Positions 50,255-50,961 of a stretch of 50,961 nucleotides of DNA are shown here, piece by piece; within the stretch, counting starts at the first letter, position 1; each line of letters starts with the position of its first letter. The notes under the pieces were generated by a model. The model ran no database searches and was not told the origin of the DNA. It was given only the letters and a program-made list of their open reading frames with translations. Source of the stretch: Minisyncoccota bacterium (GTDB taxonomy: Bacteria; Patescibacteriota; Minisyncoccia; UBA6257; JAAZHW01); the NCBI GenBank assembly GCA_028696375.1, contig JAQVHD010000001.1:1-50961 (forward strand). Reading direction: 5' to 3'. The position numbers and the translations under genes were made by a program.

Positions 50255-50961
50255 ATGGATTTAGGCAATTTACTTTTTACCAACATTTCACCCAAACAGA
50301 CTTTTCTTAAAAATAGTTTCTGGCTTTTTTTAAGTCAGGGATTAAGCCGGCTGTTTAAATTCATTTTAGTTATTGTTTCCGCTCGGGTTTTAGGTCCGAG
50401 CGGTTTTGGTACTTTTAACTACATTTTATCCATTGCTACTTTCTTTTTTATTGCCGCGGATTGGGGCATCGGCAGCCTCATTATTCGCGAATATCAGCAA
50501 TTAGAAGAAAAAGAAAAATATGTGCGCGTGAGCTTTTTATTTCGATTAATCGCTACGGCGCTCTGCCTGATTGCTGCTTTTGCCGGATTATTTGTTTTTC
50601 AAAATCCAGAATTTCGCATTAATTTTCTCATCATCTCCATTTATTTATTCATTAGCAACATCAAAGATTTCCTTGTTTCTTTTTTGCGCGCCATACAAAA
50701 AATGGAAAAAGAGTTTATTGTGATTTTAGTCGAAGGGTTTTCAGTAATGGCTTTTGGTATTTTTCTCATTTTAATTCACCGCAATATTATTTCTTTGAGT
50801 TTTGGCTATTTAATCGGTGTGTTTTTGAGCTTGCTGACCGCAATTTTAATGACCCGCTCTTATAAAGAATATTTTAAGCCGCAATTTGATAAAGAAACAT
50901 TTAAAAAAATCTTAAAAGACGGCTTTCCAATGCTTCTTTTTGGCATTCTGGGCTTCATCTT
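50255..50961 (+). CDS. MOP-superfamily polysaccharide/oligosaccharide flippase (Wzx-like), 3'-truncated by the window edge
   Basis: Hand translation from the ATG at 50255 is open to the window end. It is polytopic, with an N-terminus (SFWLFLSQGLSRLFKFILVIVSARVLGPSGFGTF) typical of this family. Confidence 0.65.
   Translation, partial: MDLGNLLFTNISPKQTFLKNSFWLFLSQGLSRLFKFILVIVSARVLGPSGFGTFNYILSIATFFFIAADWGIGSLIIREYQQLEEKEKYVRVSFLFRLIATALCLIAAFAGLFVFQNPEFRINFLIISIYLFISNIKDFLVSFLRAIQKMEKEFIVILVEGFSVMAFGIFLILIHRNIISLSFGYLIGVFLSLLTAILMTRSYKEYFKPQFDKETFKKILKDGFPMLLFGILGFI

Overview
This is an AT-rich, gene-dense bacterial window. Its content suggests a streamlined Patescibacteria/CPR-like genome (inference): short housekeeping proteins, most genes without Shine-Dalgarno (SD) sequences, a pseudopilin cluster, an orphan VirD4-like ATPase, and tRNAs mostly without encoded CCA. 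All protein calls come from reading the supplied translations for motifs I recognise; no searches were run.

Core content:
- tsaC/sua5, a DUF192 protein and a KamA/EpmB-type radical SAM aminomutase.
- A minus-strand Rrf2-NifS-NifU-ferredoxin Fe-S operon.
- Four pseudopilin-like genes.
- ligA, gatC-gatA, ftsK and a RodZ-like gene.
- Canonical tyrS, infB, queA, polX, Nudix and beta-CASP RNase genes.
- purN, an L,D-transpeptidase/DD-carboxypeptidase fusion, a PAP2 phosphatase, Hsp20, PrsW and valS.
- DUF167, efp and a partial flippase gene.
- Four tRNAs: Ala-GGC, Ala-CGC, Val-GAC and Ser-CGA.

Best candidate for something new: the accessory patch immediately 3' of tRNA-Ala(GGC), about 18.3-24.4 kb. 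It contains:
- A tight three-gene operon: an excisionase-type HTH fused to a minimal PEP-utilising phosphotransferase, an alpha/beta hydrolase, and a divergent DUF62 SAM-cleaving-family enzyme.
- A convergent, higher-G+C, SD-led two-gene cassette: a second, type-2 TyrRS-like gene with a changed tyrosine-pocket motif, coupled to an unknown 190-aa protein.
- A decayed ThiF/MoeB-ThiS-like fusion gene.

Other notable structure:
- Two more high-G+C cassettes: a secreted protein with an OMP-like C-terminus at 2.7-4.1 kb, and PIN plus lipoprotein at 29.8-30.7 kb bounded by a 38-bp perfect palindrome.
- A roughly 135-170 bp inverted-repeat pair bracketing the 5.9 kb valS segment.
- A family of AAAAnTC heptamer arrays, one of them inside the polX reading frame.
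- A recurring GGCGGCG...TTTTC/GAAAA...CGCCGCC hairpin family.
- A radical SAM / HExxH protein / receiver-domain trio next to tRNA-Ser.
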